Shown here piece by piece: positions 7,187 to 17,539 of a DNA stretch of 36,752 nt. The position numbers and the translations under genes were made by a program. Source of the stretch: Actinomycetes bacterium (GTDB lineage Bacteria; Actinomycetota; Humimicrobiia; JAHJRV01); the NCBI GenBank assembly GCA_030640275.1, contig DAOWJR010000067.1, positions 1 to 36,752 on the forward strand. Reading direction: 5' to 3'. Numbering within the stretch: the stretch's first letter is position 1; each line of letters starts with the position of its first letter. The notes beneath the pieces are model-generated. The model had not been told where the DNA came from and made no database searches. It saw only the letters and a list, made by a program, of their open reading frames with translations.

Positions 7187-8398
7187 ATGAAACTAACTTA
7201 TAAATTTAGATTGTATCCAAATAAAGACCAAGAGAAAAAACTATTATTTACTTTAGATAGATGTAGATTTGTCTATAATAAGTTATTAGAAGAACTGAAC
7301 AAACAAGAGAAGATAGATAGAAAAAAACTGCAACATTCAATAGTTAAGTTGAAAGAAAAATATAAAGAATTGAAAGAAGTTTATTCTAAAGTTTTGCAGT
7401 ATGAACATTATAGATTATTCTCTAACCTGAGAGCATTATCAAGACTAAAGTTAAATGGTAAAAAAGTTGGTAAATTGAGGTTCAAAGGTAAAGGGTGGTT
7501 CAAAACATTCACTTATAACCAGAGTGGATTCAAACTCATAGAAACTAATAAAAGATTGGATTTGTTGCATCTCTCAAAGATTGGTAATATTAAAATCAGA
7601 ATTCACAAGAAAGTTAAAGGAAAGATAAAACAGATTACAATAAAGCACTGCTCTTCTAAAAAATGGTATGCCTGTATAACTGCTGAAATAAAAGAGAAAA
7701 TAACAAGAAGCAATAACAGTAAAAAAGTTGGTATTGATTTAGGATTAGATAACTTTATATATGATTCCAGTGGTAATAAAATAAAACATCCTAAAATTTT
7801 AGACAAATCATTAAAGAAGTTATCTAAAGAACAAAGAAGGTTGTCAAGAAAGAAAAAGAAATCAAAAAACAGGAAGAAACAAAGGATAAAAGTAGCAAGA
7901 GTATATGAGAGAACTGTAAACCAAAGAAATGACTTTCTACATAAACTGTCAAGATGTTATGTTAAGGGTTATGGATTTATTGCTCTTGAAAAATTAAATA
8001 TCAAGGGCATGGTTAAAAATAGATATTTATCTAAATCAATTGTTGATGCTTCTTGGTCTAAATTTATACAATTTATTCAATACAAAGCTGAGAATGCTGG
8101 TGTTGAAGTTATTAAGATAGATCCTAAAAATACAACTATAAATTGCAGTAATTGTGGGAGTAAAGTTTTTAAGAAATTATACAATAGAATACATAAATGC
8201 AAATGTGGATTAGAGATAGACCGAGATTATAATTCAGCAATAAATATATTAAATATAGGGCAGGGACTGTCCAAATTTACGCCTGTTAAGATTGAACCTC
8301 TACGGGAACTAACCAAAGTTCCCGCAAGTTCGGTCGTAGAAGCAGGAAGCCCTCTGCGTTCGCTGAGGGTAGTTCACTTACCAATTTCATATATATAA
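7187..8398 (+). CDS. tnpB: RNA-guided endonuclease TnpB (IS200/IS605 OrfB family)
   Basis: Typical N-terminus MKLTYKFRLYPNKDQ. RuvC-I VGIDLGLDNF, RuvC-II ALEKLNIKGM, zinc finger CSNCGS...CKCG, RuvC-III DRDYNSAINI. Confidence 0.9.
   Translation: MKLTYKFRLYPNKDQEKKLLFTLDRCRFVYNKLLEELNKQEKIDRKKLQHSIVKLKEKYKELKEVYSKVLQYEHYRLFSNLRALSRLKLNGKKVGKLRFKGKGWFKTFTYNQSGFKLIETNKRLDLLHLSKIGNIKIRIHKKVKGKIKQITIKHCSSKKWYACITAEIKEKITRSNNSKKVGIDLGLDNFIYDSSGNKIKHPKILDKSLKKLSKEQRRLSRKKKKSKNRKKQRIKVARVYERTVNQRNDFLHKLSRCYVKGYGFIALEKLNIKGMVKNRYLSKSIVDASWSKFIQFIQYKAENAGVEVIKIDPKNTTINCSNCGSKVFKKLYNRIHKCKCGLEIDRDYNSAINILNIGQGLSKFTPVKIEPLRELTKVPASSVVEAGSPLRSLRVVHLPISYI
8258..8393 (+). ncRNA. Putative TnpB omega-RNA (reRNA) scaffold overlapping the tnpB 3' end, plus a possible guide
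   Basis: A GC-rich block at 8258..8375. One hairpin is CGGGAAC(8303..8309)/GTTCCCG(8318..8324). A second is CCCTC(8350..8354)/GAGGG(8365..8369). Position and orientation are as expected for omega-RNAs. Confidence 0.4.
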
Positions 8399-9393
8399 AT
8401 AAATCTTACTCCATATCTCAAGGCATCTGAATGATCGTCAAAACCTATATCTATGTGATTATTTCTAATTTTTTTACCTGTATCTCCAGCAATTGCAACT
8501 CCATACCCAGGTATCAATATTTTAGTTCTAAGTGGGATAAATTTGGGATCTACTGCGATAACACCATAACCAGCTTTTAAACCTATAGCAGTATATCCAC
8601 TTGAATATTTACCACAGCAAATGGGACAAGGGCAATAACCTGTTGCCAAAACTCTGTACCCATCAACAATTTTAAGATTTGGATATTGTAATTGAATTTT
8701 TTTAATTCTTTCTTCTATTTCTTTTAAATTGTTTTCTAACTTGGCTACTTGTATTTTTATTTCTTCCAATCTTTTTTCATACTCTGCTTCTTTTATTAAA
8801 AGTGAATTATGGGTAGAATTATACTGATCTCTATAACTATTGAGCTCTTCATGATTTTTTTCTAATGTGAGCTTAGTTTCTATAAGTTCTTCTTTTGTTT
8901 CGATGTAGTTATTGATTGCCTCTGAATCCTGCTTCATCATATAACCAAACAAATTCATATTTTTAAAGAACGTGATAATATCTTTTGGTGATATTACAGC
9001 TTGGAAAAAAGAATTGTTTTTCCGTTTATAAAGTTCAATGGCTTTTTCATTAAGAATTTTAATTGTATTTTTTAACTCAATTTCTATTTTTTTAATATTT
9101 AATTCCAAGTTTTTAATTTGATTTTCTAGGATATTTATCTTAGATTCTAATGAAAGTAAATCGTGTTTTATTCTATCTATTTCTTCTCTTGTATTATTTA
9201 AGTAATAAAGAATTGCATTCTGTTCATTTGTGAGTTTAACCTTTTCACCTTTTAATCTATCTAAATCTGCAGCAAAGATTATATGGGGATTGATAGTGAT
9301 AGCCATGAAGGTGCTTATAAATACAATAAACATCAGGTATTTAAATATTTTTATATTTTCCAAAAATCTGTCTATATTCATCACCAAAAACAC
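8374..9393 (-). CDS. 3D-domain (MltA/RlpA-like fold) cell-wall protein with an N-terminal TM/signal segment and a long coiled coil
   Basis: The C-terminus reads GYCPCPICCGKYSSGYTAIGLKAGYGVIAVDP...IPGYGVAIAGDTGKKIRNNHIDIGF, with the three conserved Asp. Heptad-rich region from about aa 45 to 235. Confidence 0.75.
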   Translation of the reverse strand: MFLVMNIDRFLENIKIFKYLMFIVFISTFMAITINPHIIFAADLDRLKGEKVKLTNEQNAILYYLNNTREEIDRIKHDLLSLESKINILENQIKNLELNIKKIEIELKNTIKILNEKAIELYKRKNNSFFQAVISPKDIITFFKNMNLFGYMMKQDSEAINNYIETKEELIETKLTLEKNHEELNSYRDQYNSTHNSLLIKEAEYEKRLEEIKIQVAKLENNLKEIEERIKKIQLQYPNLKIVDGYRVLATGYCPCPICCGKYSSGYTAIGLKAGYGVIAVDPKFIPLRTKILIPGYGVAIAGDTGKKIRNNHIDIGFDDHSDALRYGVRFIYIYEIGK

Positions 9394-9641
9394 AGAAGTT
9401 TAAACCTTTTCAAGATGGATTAAAAGAGTTGTTTTTTTCTCTATTAATAAATAAATAATATAAAATTTTTATAAGAATAATAATAAAAATTTCAATTAAG
9501 CTAATTATAAGCAATAATTATAATACAATGATGAGATATATCTCAAATTTCAAGCTTTTTAATATTAAATCACATATTGTCTCGTATTTATTGATTTGAT
9601 ATTATAATATATATATTAGGAGTGTGATATATTTGAAAAAG

Positions 9642-10517
9642 ATGGGAACATTTAAAGTAAAATCTGGATTGGCTGAGATGCTAAAGGGTGGAGTAATTAT
9701 GGATATTGTATCTGTGGAGCAGGCTAAGATAGCCGAAGAAGCTGGAGCAGTTTCAGTAATGGTGTTAGAGAGGATACCTGCTGATATAAGAAAAGTTGGA
9801 GGAGTGGCGCGAATGGCAGATCCTCAGCTTATTAAAGATGTAATGGATTCAGTCACTATTCCTGTAATGGCTAAAGTTAGAATTGGACACTTTGCTGAAG
9901 CACAAATATTGCAGGCTTTGGGTGTTGATTTTATAGACGAAAGTGAAGTCTTAACCCCAGCAGATGAGCAATATCATATAAATAAAAATAAATTTGAAAT
10001 TCCCTTTGTTTGTGGAGCAACAAATCTTGGAGAAGCATTAAGAAGAATTGATGAAGGAGCAGCCATGATAAGAACTAAGGGAGAAGCTGGAACTGGAAAT
10101 GTAGTAGAAGCTGTAAGACACATGAGACTTATTATGAGTGAGATTAAAGAATTGACTTCTTTATCTGAAGATAAGCTTATAACAACAGCAAAAGAGAAGG
10201 AAGCTTCATATGAATTGGTAAAATGGGTTGCAGAAAATGGTAAACTTCCTGTAGTAAATTTTGCAGCTGGAGGAATTGCTACACCTGCAGATGCAGCTCT
10301 TATGATGCAACTTGGAGCAGAGGGGGTCTTTGTTGGCTCTGGAATATTTAAATCAGAAAACCCTTCTGTAATGGCTAAAGCTATTGTGAGAGCAACAACA
10401 TATTTTAATGATCCCGAAGTTTTACTTGAAGTTTCAAGGAATTTGGGTGAAGCTATGATGGGATTACAAATATCTCAAATAGAAGAAGTGGATCTTTTAC
10501 AAAAGAGGGGAATCTGA
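9642..10517 (+). CDS. pdxS: Pyridoxal 5'-phosphate synthase lyase subunit PdxS
   Basis: Motifs: [77 protein letters not shown]. The ORF is open from the GTG at 9624; alternative starts are TTG 9633 or ATG 9642, with AGGAG at 9618..9622. Confidence 0.95.
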   Translation: MGTFKVKSGLAEMLKGGVIMDIVSVEQAKIAEEAGAVSVMVLERIPADIRKVGGVARMADPQLIKDVMDSVTIPVMAKVRIGHFAEAQILQALGVDFIDESEVLTPADEQYHINKNKFEIPFVCGATNLGEALRRIDEGAAMIRTKGEAGTGNVVEAVRHMRLIMSEIKELTSLSEDKLITTAKEKEASYELVKWVAENGKLPVVNFAAGGIATPADAALMMQLGAEGVFVGSGIFKSENPSVMAKAIVRATTYFNDPEVLLEVSRNLGEAMMGLQISQIEEVDLLQKRGI

Positions 10518-10518
10518 T

Positions 10519-11100
10519 TTGAAAAAGATAGGTGTACTTGCTCTTCAAGGAGCGGTAAGTGAACATATAGAAATACTTGAGAGATGTGGTGTTACACCAA
10601 TTGAGATAAAAAAAACAGTTCAAATTGCTGATATAGATGGTTTAATTATTCCAGGAGGTGAAAGCAGTACAATTGGAAATTTGATGAACGAATACAGTTT
10701 CTTCGAAAAGATAAGAGAGTTTGCGTACAAGGGTAAGCCAATTTATGGTACATGTGCTGGATTAATATTAATGTCAAAAAATATAATCGGTGAAAATAGA
10801 AAAACGATCTCTATTATGGATATAGAGGTTAGAAGGAATGCATTTGGTAGACAGATAGATAGTATGGAGATTGATATTGAAATACCAAAATTGGGTAATA
10901 AGAAATTTCCCGCAGTATTTATAAGAGCTCCAATAATAGAAAAGGTTGGAAAACAGGTGGAAATATTGGCAGAGATAGATGACAGAATTGTTATGGCACA
11001 ACAAGAAAATTTGTTAGTTTCAGCTTTTCACCCAGAATTAAGTAATGATGATAGAATCCATCGATATTTTTTGAATTTAGTAAATAAAAGATGGAGGTAA
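10519..11100 (+). CDS. pdxT: Pyridoxal 5'-phosphate synthase glutaminase subunit PdxT
   Basis: Motifs: KIGVLALQGAVSEH, PGGESST, GTCAGLI (catalytic Cys), FHPE. The TTG start lies 1 nt after the pdxS stop. Confidence 0.95.
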   Translation: MKKIGVLALQGAVSEHIEILERCGVTPIEIKKTVQIADIDGLIIPGGESSTIGNLMNEYSFFEKIREFAYKGKPIYGTCAGLILMSKNIIGENRKTISIMDIEVRRNAFGRQIDSMEIDIEIPKLGNKKFPAVFIRAPIIEKVGKQVEILAEIDDRIVMAQQENLLVSAFHPELSNDDRIHRYFLNLVNKRWR

Positions 11101-11104
11101 TGGG

Positions 11105-11851
11105 ATGTCAGGTCATTCAAAGTGGAAAACCATAAAGCATAAAAAGTCAAAAGAAGACGCAAAAAGAGGGAGACTTTTTTCTAAATTAACGAAAGCAATT
11201 ATAATTGCTACCAAAGAGGGAGGTTGTGATCCAGATCAGAATATAGCATTAGCCAATGTAATTCAAAAGGCAAAAGAATTCAATATGCCAAAAGATAATA
11301 TAAAGAGGGCTATAAAAAAAGGTACTGGTAAGGTTGGTGGATATGATTTAGAGAAAGTTGTATATGAGGGATATGGACCTGAAGGAATTGCGGTGATAGT
11401 AGAAACTATGACTGATAATAGAAAAAGAACTGCTTCAGAAATGAGAAATATATTTGCTAAACACAATGGTAATCTTGGCTCAACAGGATGTGTGAGATGG
11501 ATGTTTAATAGAAGAGGTGTTATCAGTTTAAAAGATGGTTCTTATATTGACGAAGATGAGATCTTGTTATTAGCTATTGATGCAGGAGCAGATGATGTAA
11601 TTATTGAAAAGGATTATTATGAAATTTATACAGAACCAACTAAGCTTATGAAAATCAAAGATTTTTTAATTGAAAAAGGCTTATCACCTGATTCAACAGA
11701 AATTATTCTTATTCCTAAGAATTACAAATTGCTTGATGAATCTAAAACATTAAAAAGTCTTAAACTAATAGATGCACTTCATGAACAGGAGGATGTTCGG
11801 GAGATTTATACAAATTTTGAAATACCAGATGAATTAATGGAGAAACTTTGA
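11105..11851 (+). CDS. yebC: YebC/PmpR family DNA-binding transcriptional regulator
   Basis: MSGHSKWKTIKHKK N-terminus; YEGYGPEGIAVIVE and TDNRKRT motifs. Confidence 0.95.
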   Translation: MSGHSKWKTIKHKKSKEDAKRGRLFSKLTKAIIIATKEGGCDPDQNIALANVIQKAKEFNMPKDNIKRAIKKGTGKVGGYDLEKVVYEGYGPEGIAVIVETMTDNRKRTASEMRNIFAKHNGNLGSTGCVRWMFNRRGVISLKDGSYIDEDEILLLAIDAGADDVIIEKDYYEIYTEPTKLMKIKDFLIEKGLSPDSTEIILIPKNYKLLDESKTLKSLKLIDALHEQEDVREIYTNFEIPDELMEKL

Positions 11852-12339
11852 AAGCATTAGGAGTTGATCCCGGAACAGCAACAACAGGTGTGGCAATAGT
11901 GGAAGAAAAGAAGGGAAAATTAAATGCAGTCTATTATGATTGCATAAAAACTTCAGCAAAACTTCCAATTTCACAAAGATTAAATATAATATATAAAGGT
12001 ATAAATGATATCATTTTAACCTATTCTCCCAACTGTTTAGCAATTGAGGAGATATTTTTTAGCAGTAATGTAAAGACAGCTATTTCTGTAGGTCAAGCAA
12101 GTGGTGTAGTTTTACTTGCCGGGCATCAAAATCAATTAGATGTTTATAAATATACACCTTTACAAGTTAAAAAAGCAGTAGTTGGTCTTGGGAATGCTTC
12201 TAAAAAACAGGTACAATATATGGTTAAAGCCATATTAAAAATTGGTGATGAAAAAATCAAGGATGATGCTGCAGATGCCTTAGCAATCGCCATATGTCAT
12301 TTAAACTGGAAAGGAAATAAAGAGTTACTTTCAAGGTGA
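11848..12339 (+). CDS. ruvC: Crossover junction endodeoxyribonuclease RuvC
   Basis: Motifs: LGVDPGTATTG, LAIEEIFF, DAADALAIAICH. The TTG start overlaps the yebC TGA (TTTGA). Confidence 0.9.
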   Translation: MKALGVDPGTATTGVAIVEEKKGKLNAVYYDCIKTSAKLPISQRLNIIYKGINDIILTYSPNCLAIEEIFFSSNVKTAISVGQASGVVLLAGHQNQLDVYKYTPLQVKKAVVGLGNASKKQVQYMVKAILKIGDEKIKDDAADALAIAICHLNWKGNKELLSR

Positions 12340-12343
12340 AAAA

Positions 12344-12949
12344 TTGATAGGATTTATTAAAGGAAAATTAGCTATTAAATTAACCGAATATGTATTAGTT
12401 GATGTAAGTGGAGTAGGTTATCAGATATTTATTTCTCCAAAAACATTACTGAGTCTACCCAAGGAAGGTAATGAAATTATTTTTTTTACATATACATATT
12501 TGAGAGATGATAGTCTAAGGTTATATGGTTTTTTAAATAAAGAAGATAAGAAAATGTTTGAAAATCTTCTACAAATATCAGGAATTGGTCCTAAAGTAGC
12601 ATTAGCAGTTCATTCTGTCTTTAACTCAAATGAGTTTGAGAAAGCTATTTTAAATCAGGATGTTGATTTAATAAGAACTATTCCTGGAGTTGGTAAGAAG
12701 ACTGCTTTAAGACTTATTTTAGAATTAAGAGGAAAGCTCGAGCTACCTGAGCTTGAAAAAATCATGAAAGTTAAGATACCCGACAGAGTATTAGTTGTTA
12801 TGAGGGAAGCTAAACAGGCATTAAGAAATCTTGGATTTAAACCATCTGAGATAAATGCATCACTGGAGGGGTTTTCAACTGAAGGAGAGGAAGAAATTAC
12901 TGTAGAAAAGTTTATAAGATATGCTTTAAAAAACTTAAGAGGATATTAA
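12344..12949 (+). CDS. ruvA: Holliday junction branch migration protein RuvA
   Basis: MIGFIKGKL start and GVGYQI. Two HhH motifs: ISGIGPKVA and IPGVGKKTA. Confidence 0.9.
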   Translation: MIGFIKGKLAIKLTEYVLVDVSGVGYQIFISPKTLLSLPKEGNEIIFFTYTYLRDDSLRLYGFLNKEDKKMFENLLQISGIGPKVALAVHSVFNSNEFEKAILNQDVDLIRTIPGVGKKTALRLILELRGKLELPELEKIMKVKIPDRVLVVMREAKQALRNLGFKPSEINASLEGFSTEGEEEITVEKFIRYALKNLRGY

Positions 12950-12999
12950 ACTCTAATTAAAATAATGAAAGATTTGGGTATAGTCTCTTGACTAATTAT

Positions 13000-13032
13000 C
13001 TCTCCCCTGGTGGGAGAGGGAAAGGGAGAGGG
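13000..13032. repeat. GC-rich hairpin/direct-repeat element in the ruvA-ruvB spacer
   Basis: CTCTCCC (13000..13006) is complementary to GGGAGAG. GGGAGAGGG occurs twice (13012..13020 and 13024..13032), separated by AAA. Confidence 0.4.
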
Positions 13033-13061
13033 TCAAAAAACTATCAAATTATAAATAAAAT

Positions 13062-14093
13062 ATGAAAGAAGATAAATGCATGAAAGAAAAAGTAACAGAT
13101 ATAAAACTTCATAAATATGATATTGAGTTAGATAAGGAACTTAGACCAAAAAGGATGAAAGATTTTATTGGTCAAAATAAAATTAAGGAAAATTTAGCTA
13201 TTTATATTGAAGCAACTAAAAAAAGAAAAGAGGCGTTAGACCATGTTCTTTTGATCGGTCCACCAGGTCTTGGAAAAACAACTTTAGCAGGAATTATATC
13301 TAATGAGTTAGGTGTAAATGTAACAACAACTTCAGGGCCAGCTATTGAAAGAGCTGGTGATTTAGCTTCTATTCTTACAAATATTGAGTCGAATAATGTT
13401 TTGTTTATTGATGAAATACATAGATTAAATCGAGCGGTGGAAGAGATACTATATCCAGCTTTAGAGGAATTTAAAATGGATATAATGATTGGTAAAGGAC
13501 CTGGAGCACGCTCATTAAGATTAGAATTAAAACCTTTTACACTTGCTGGAGCTACGACAAGAGCAGGTCTTATTTCTTCTCCTCTTAGAACAAGGTTTGG
13601 AATAACAATTCGCCTGGATTATTATAATGTTGATGAAATAGAAAAAATAGTTAGAAGGTCTGCTAAAATATTAAACGTGGAAATAGATGAAAAAGGTTCT
13701 TTAGAGATAGCTAAAAGAGCAAGAGGTACCCCAAGAGTAGCAAATAGACTTCTAAAGAGAGTTAGGGATTATGCAATTGTTAAAGCAGATGGAAAGATAA
13801 ATGGGGGAGTAGCTCTTGATGGTTTAGAATTGTTAGATGTCGATGAAGAAGGATTAGATAATCTGGATATAAAAATAATTAAAACTATAATTTACAAATT
13901 TAATGGTGGTCCAGTTGGTTTGAGTACATTATCAAGTTCAGTTGGAGAGGAATCAGAAACAATTCAGGAAGTTTATGAACCATATCTTTTACGGCAGGGA
14001 TTTATACAAAAAACACCGAGAGGTAGAGTAGCTACGAAAATTGCATATAAACATCTAAATGAGGAGTATAAGAAGGAAGACCAGCTTTTTTAA
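13062..14093 (+). CDS. ruvB: Holliday junction branch migration DNA helicase RuvB
   Basis: [12 protein letters not shown], Walker [10 protein letters not shown], Walker [21 protein letters not shown]. Confidence 0.95.
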   Translation: MKEDKCMKEKVTDIKLHKYDIELDKELRPKRMKDFIGQNKIKENLAIYIEATKKRKEALDHVLLIGPPGLGKTTLAGIISNELGVNVTTTSGPAIERAGDLASILTNIESNNVLFIDEIHRLNRAVEEILYPALEEFKMDIMIGKGPGARSLRLELKPFTLAGATTRAGLISSPLRTRFGITIRLDYYNVDEIEKIVRRSAKILNVEIDEKGSLEIAKRARGTPRVANRLLKRVRDYAIVKADGKINGGVALDGLELLDVDEEGLDNLDIKIIKTIIYKFNGGPVGLSTLSSSVGEESETIQEVYEPYLLRQGFIQKTPRGRVATKIAYKHLNEEYKKEDQLF

Positions 14094-14134
14094 TTATTTT
14101 CTTCTATTACTTTTTAAGATTAAACCTATTAAAA

Positions 14135-14180
14135 TATATCACTGACTACATATATTTTATATCACTAATTACATATATTT
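14135..14180. repeat. Tandem 23-bp direct repeat (2 copies, 2 mismatches) upstream of queA
   Basis: TATATCACTGACTACATATATTT (14135..14157) is followed directly by TATATCACTAATTACATATATTT (14158..14180). Confidence 0.6.
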
Positions 14181-14210
14181 CCACTATAAAAAAATAAAAA
14201 AATAAATTTT

Positions 14211-15260
14211 ATGAAAGTTTCTGATTATTATTACCATCTTCCTAAAAACTTAATAGCACAAGAACCATTAAAGGAAAGAGATAAATCCAAACTTCTTATC
14301 ATAGATAGAAGCAAAGGTTCTATAGAAGAGGATGTTTTCCATAATCTTCCAGAATATTTGGGTGAAAATGATTGCCTTGTTTTAAACGATTCAAAGGTGA
14401 TTCCTGCAAGGTTATTTGCTATAAAAAAAGATACTGGTGCAAAGATTGAAATATTATTACTGAGTAAGCTAAGTAATAATCTCTGGACTGCTTTAATTAA
14501 ACCATTTAAAAGAGTGAAAAAAGGTACGATCTTAGTTTATCCATCTAAAATAAGTACGAGAGAGTCAAATTTAAAATCTATTATTGAAGAAAAGGTTGGA
14601 GAAGGAATAGTAAAAATAAGGTTTTTTTATGAAAAATCTTATAAAAATTTTGAAAAAGATATATTTTCTTTAGGTATAGTTCCACTTCCTCCATATATTA
14701 AAAATCAAAATATACCACTTAAAAGGTATCAGACAATATATGCAAAAAAGGAGGGTTCTGTAGCTGCACCCACTGCTGGTTTACATTTTACAAATGAAGT
14801 TTTTAAAAGAATCCGTAAAAAAGGTATTAAGATTGCTACCATTACATTACATGTAAGTTTGGATACCTTTAGACCAATTAAAGTTGATAATATTGAGAAT
14901 CATGTTATATATAGTGAAAAATTTTATTTATCAGAAGAACAATCAAAACTAATAAACAGTGTAAAAGCAGTTGGTGGTAGAATCATAGCTGTTGGAACTA
15001 CTACAGTGAGAACTTTGGAGTCTGCTACCAAAAATGGAGAAATTAAACCATTTTCTGGAAGAACTGATTTATTTATTAAACCAAATTATAGATTTAAAAT
15101 GGTAGATGGAATTATAACTAATTTTCATCTCCCATGTTCAACACTGTTTATAATGATTTGTGCATTTGCTAATAAGAAAGTTGTAATGAATGCATATAAT
15201 TTAGCAATTAAGAAAAAGTATAAGTTCTACTCATTTGGTGATGCAATGCTTATTTTATAA
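14211..15260 (+). CDS. queA: tRNA preQ1(34) S-adenosylmethionine ribosyltransferase-isomerase QueA
   Basis: Motifs: YHLPKNLIAQEP, PTAGLHFT, AVGTTTVRTLES, FYSFGDAMLI. Confidence 0.95.
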   Translation: MKVSDYYYHLPKNLIAQEPLKERDKSKLLIIDRSKGSIEEDVFHNLPEYLGENDCLVLNDSKVIPARLFAIKKDTGAKIEILLLSKLSNNLWTALIKPFKRVKKGTILVYPSKISTRESNLKSIIEEKVGEGIVKIRFFYEKSYKNFEKDIFSLGIVPLPPYIKNQNIPLKRYQTIYAKKEGSVAAPTAGLHFTNEVFKRIRKKGIKIATITLHVSLDTFRPIKVDNIENHVIYSEKFYLSEEQSKLINSVKAVGGRIIAVGTTTVRTLESATKNGEIKPFSGRTDLFIKPNYRFKMVDGIITNFHLPCSTLFIMICAFANKKVVMNAYNLAIKKKYKFYSFGDAMLIL

Positions 15261-15313
15261 AAAATAATTGTACAGGTGAATATATCTAAATAAAAATTTT
15301 AATTAATTCTTAA

Positions 15314-16444
<1,131 letters not shown>

Positions 16445-16499
16445 TAATATCTGTAAAATTTTAATATAACAACTTAAACATTTTTATGAAAGGAGAAGG

Positions 16500-16784
16500 A
16501 TGAATAATCAACTAATGGATTTTTTAAATAGATATGGTTATTGGATCTACATTTTAATATTTGTTGCTATTTTTTACTTTACCCTGATACTTCCTCAAAA
16601 AAGAAGACAAAAAAGACACAGTAAATTGTTGGAGAGTTTAGAAGTAGGCGACAAAGTAGTTACTATGGGAGGAATATTTGGTACCATTAAAAAAGTCTTT
16701 GAAAATAAGATATTGATAACGGTTGCTCCAAGTGTTGATATTGAAATTACCAAAAATGCAGTAGGTAGAAAGTTAACTAAATAA
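16500..16784 (+). CDS. yajC: Preprotein translocase subunit YajC
   Basis: Single N-terminal TM segment, PQKRRQKRH and GDKVVTMGGIFGTIKKV. AAAGGAG SD. Sits between tgt and secD. Confidence 0.9.
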   Translation: MNNQLMDFLNRYGYWIYILIFVAIFYFTLILPQKRRQKRHSKLLESLEVGDKVVTMGGIFGTIKKVFENKILITVAPSVDIEITKNAVGRKLTK

Positions 16785-16807
16785 TAAAAATAATAAGGTA
16801 GGGTTTT

Positions 16808-17482
16808 ATGGTTGATAAGAATATAACAATTAAAGATGTTAAAAACGATACTGATGTAATCTCTTATATAGCTAAAGCTGATAAGGTTATGGAAGCAATT
16901 GGTTATACAGAACATGGTTTTAGACATGCTGATTTAGTTTCGAAAATAGCATTTAATATTCTTGATAGATTAGGTTATAGTAAACGAGAAGCTGAACTTA
17001 CTTCAATTGCTGGATATCTTCATGATATTGGAAATATGATTAATAGAATTCACCATTACTTAAGTGGTGCTGTGATCGCAGGAGATATTCTTAGAAGAAT
17101 GGGAATGAATCCGGAGGAAGTATCAATAGTTATGAGTGCTATAGGGAATCATGAGGAAGGAACAGGTTTTGCTATAGATCCTATCGCGGCTGCATTAATA
17201 CTTGCAGATAAATCAGATGTTCATAGAAGCAGGGTAAGGAGGGAGCTAACAGAAATATCATTTGATATACATGATAGGGTAAATTATGCAGCAACCCGTT
17301 CATTTCTTAGAGTAAATAATGATGAAAAGAAAATAACACTTGAAATAGAAATTGATACAAATATTAGTCAGGTTATGGATTATTTCGAAATATTTTTGGA
17401 AAGGATGACAATATGTAGAAAAGCTGCAACAACATTGGGATGTGAATTCGAAATCATTATAAATGATGTGAAGCTTTTATAG
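16808..17482 (+). CDS. HD domain-containing phosphohydrolase
   Basis: Motifs: HGFRHADLV, GYLHDIGN (HD), GNHEEG. Confidence 0.7.
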   Translation: MVDKNITIKDVKNDTDVISYIAKADKVMEAIGYTEHGFRHADLVSKIAFNILDRLGYSKREAELTSIAGYLHDIGNMINRIHHYLSGAVIAGDILRRMGMNPEEVSIVMSAIGNHEEGTGFAIDPIAAALILADKSDVHRSRVRRELTEISFDIHDRVNYAATRSFLRVNNDEKKITLEIEIDTNISQVMDYFEIFLERMTICRKAATTLGCEFEIIINDVKLL

Positions 17483-17539
17483 TGATACATATAATTTATA
17501 ATAATCCAAATAGTTTCTTATTTAAATAGAGAGTGAAAA

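Larger units (their letters stand above)
7060..8395 (+). mobile_element. IS200/IS605-family, IS1341-like element carrying tnpB only (no tnpA). Boundaries are approximate.
   Basis: A TnpB ORF plus a GC-rich structured 3' block in an otherwise AT-rich region. No Y1 transposase ORF is adjacent. The ends are not defined by sequence alone. Confidence 0.5.

Noticed and set aside
16595-16927. 110-aa ORF on the minus strand, plus other short antisense ORFs (1087..1272, 5892..6098, 6567..6749, 7603..7806, 10774..11004, 11263..11466, 17496..17681, 17807..18135, 20358..20669, 23882..24064, 26985..27167, 27417..27650, 27717..27977, 28415..28729, 28431..28664, 29080..29313, 29413..29604, 31774..32046)
   Set aside because: All of them overlap confidently identified genes, either in antisense or in alternative frames. 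They lack SDs and motifs.
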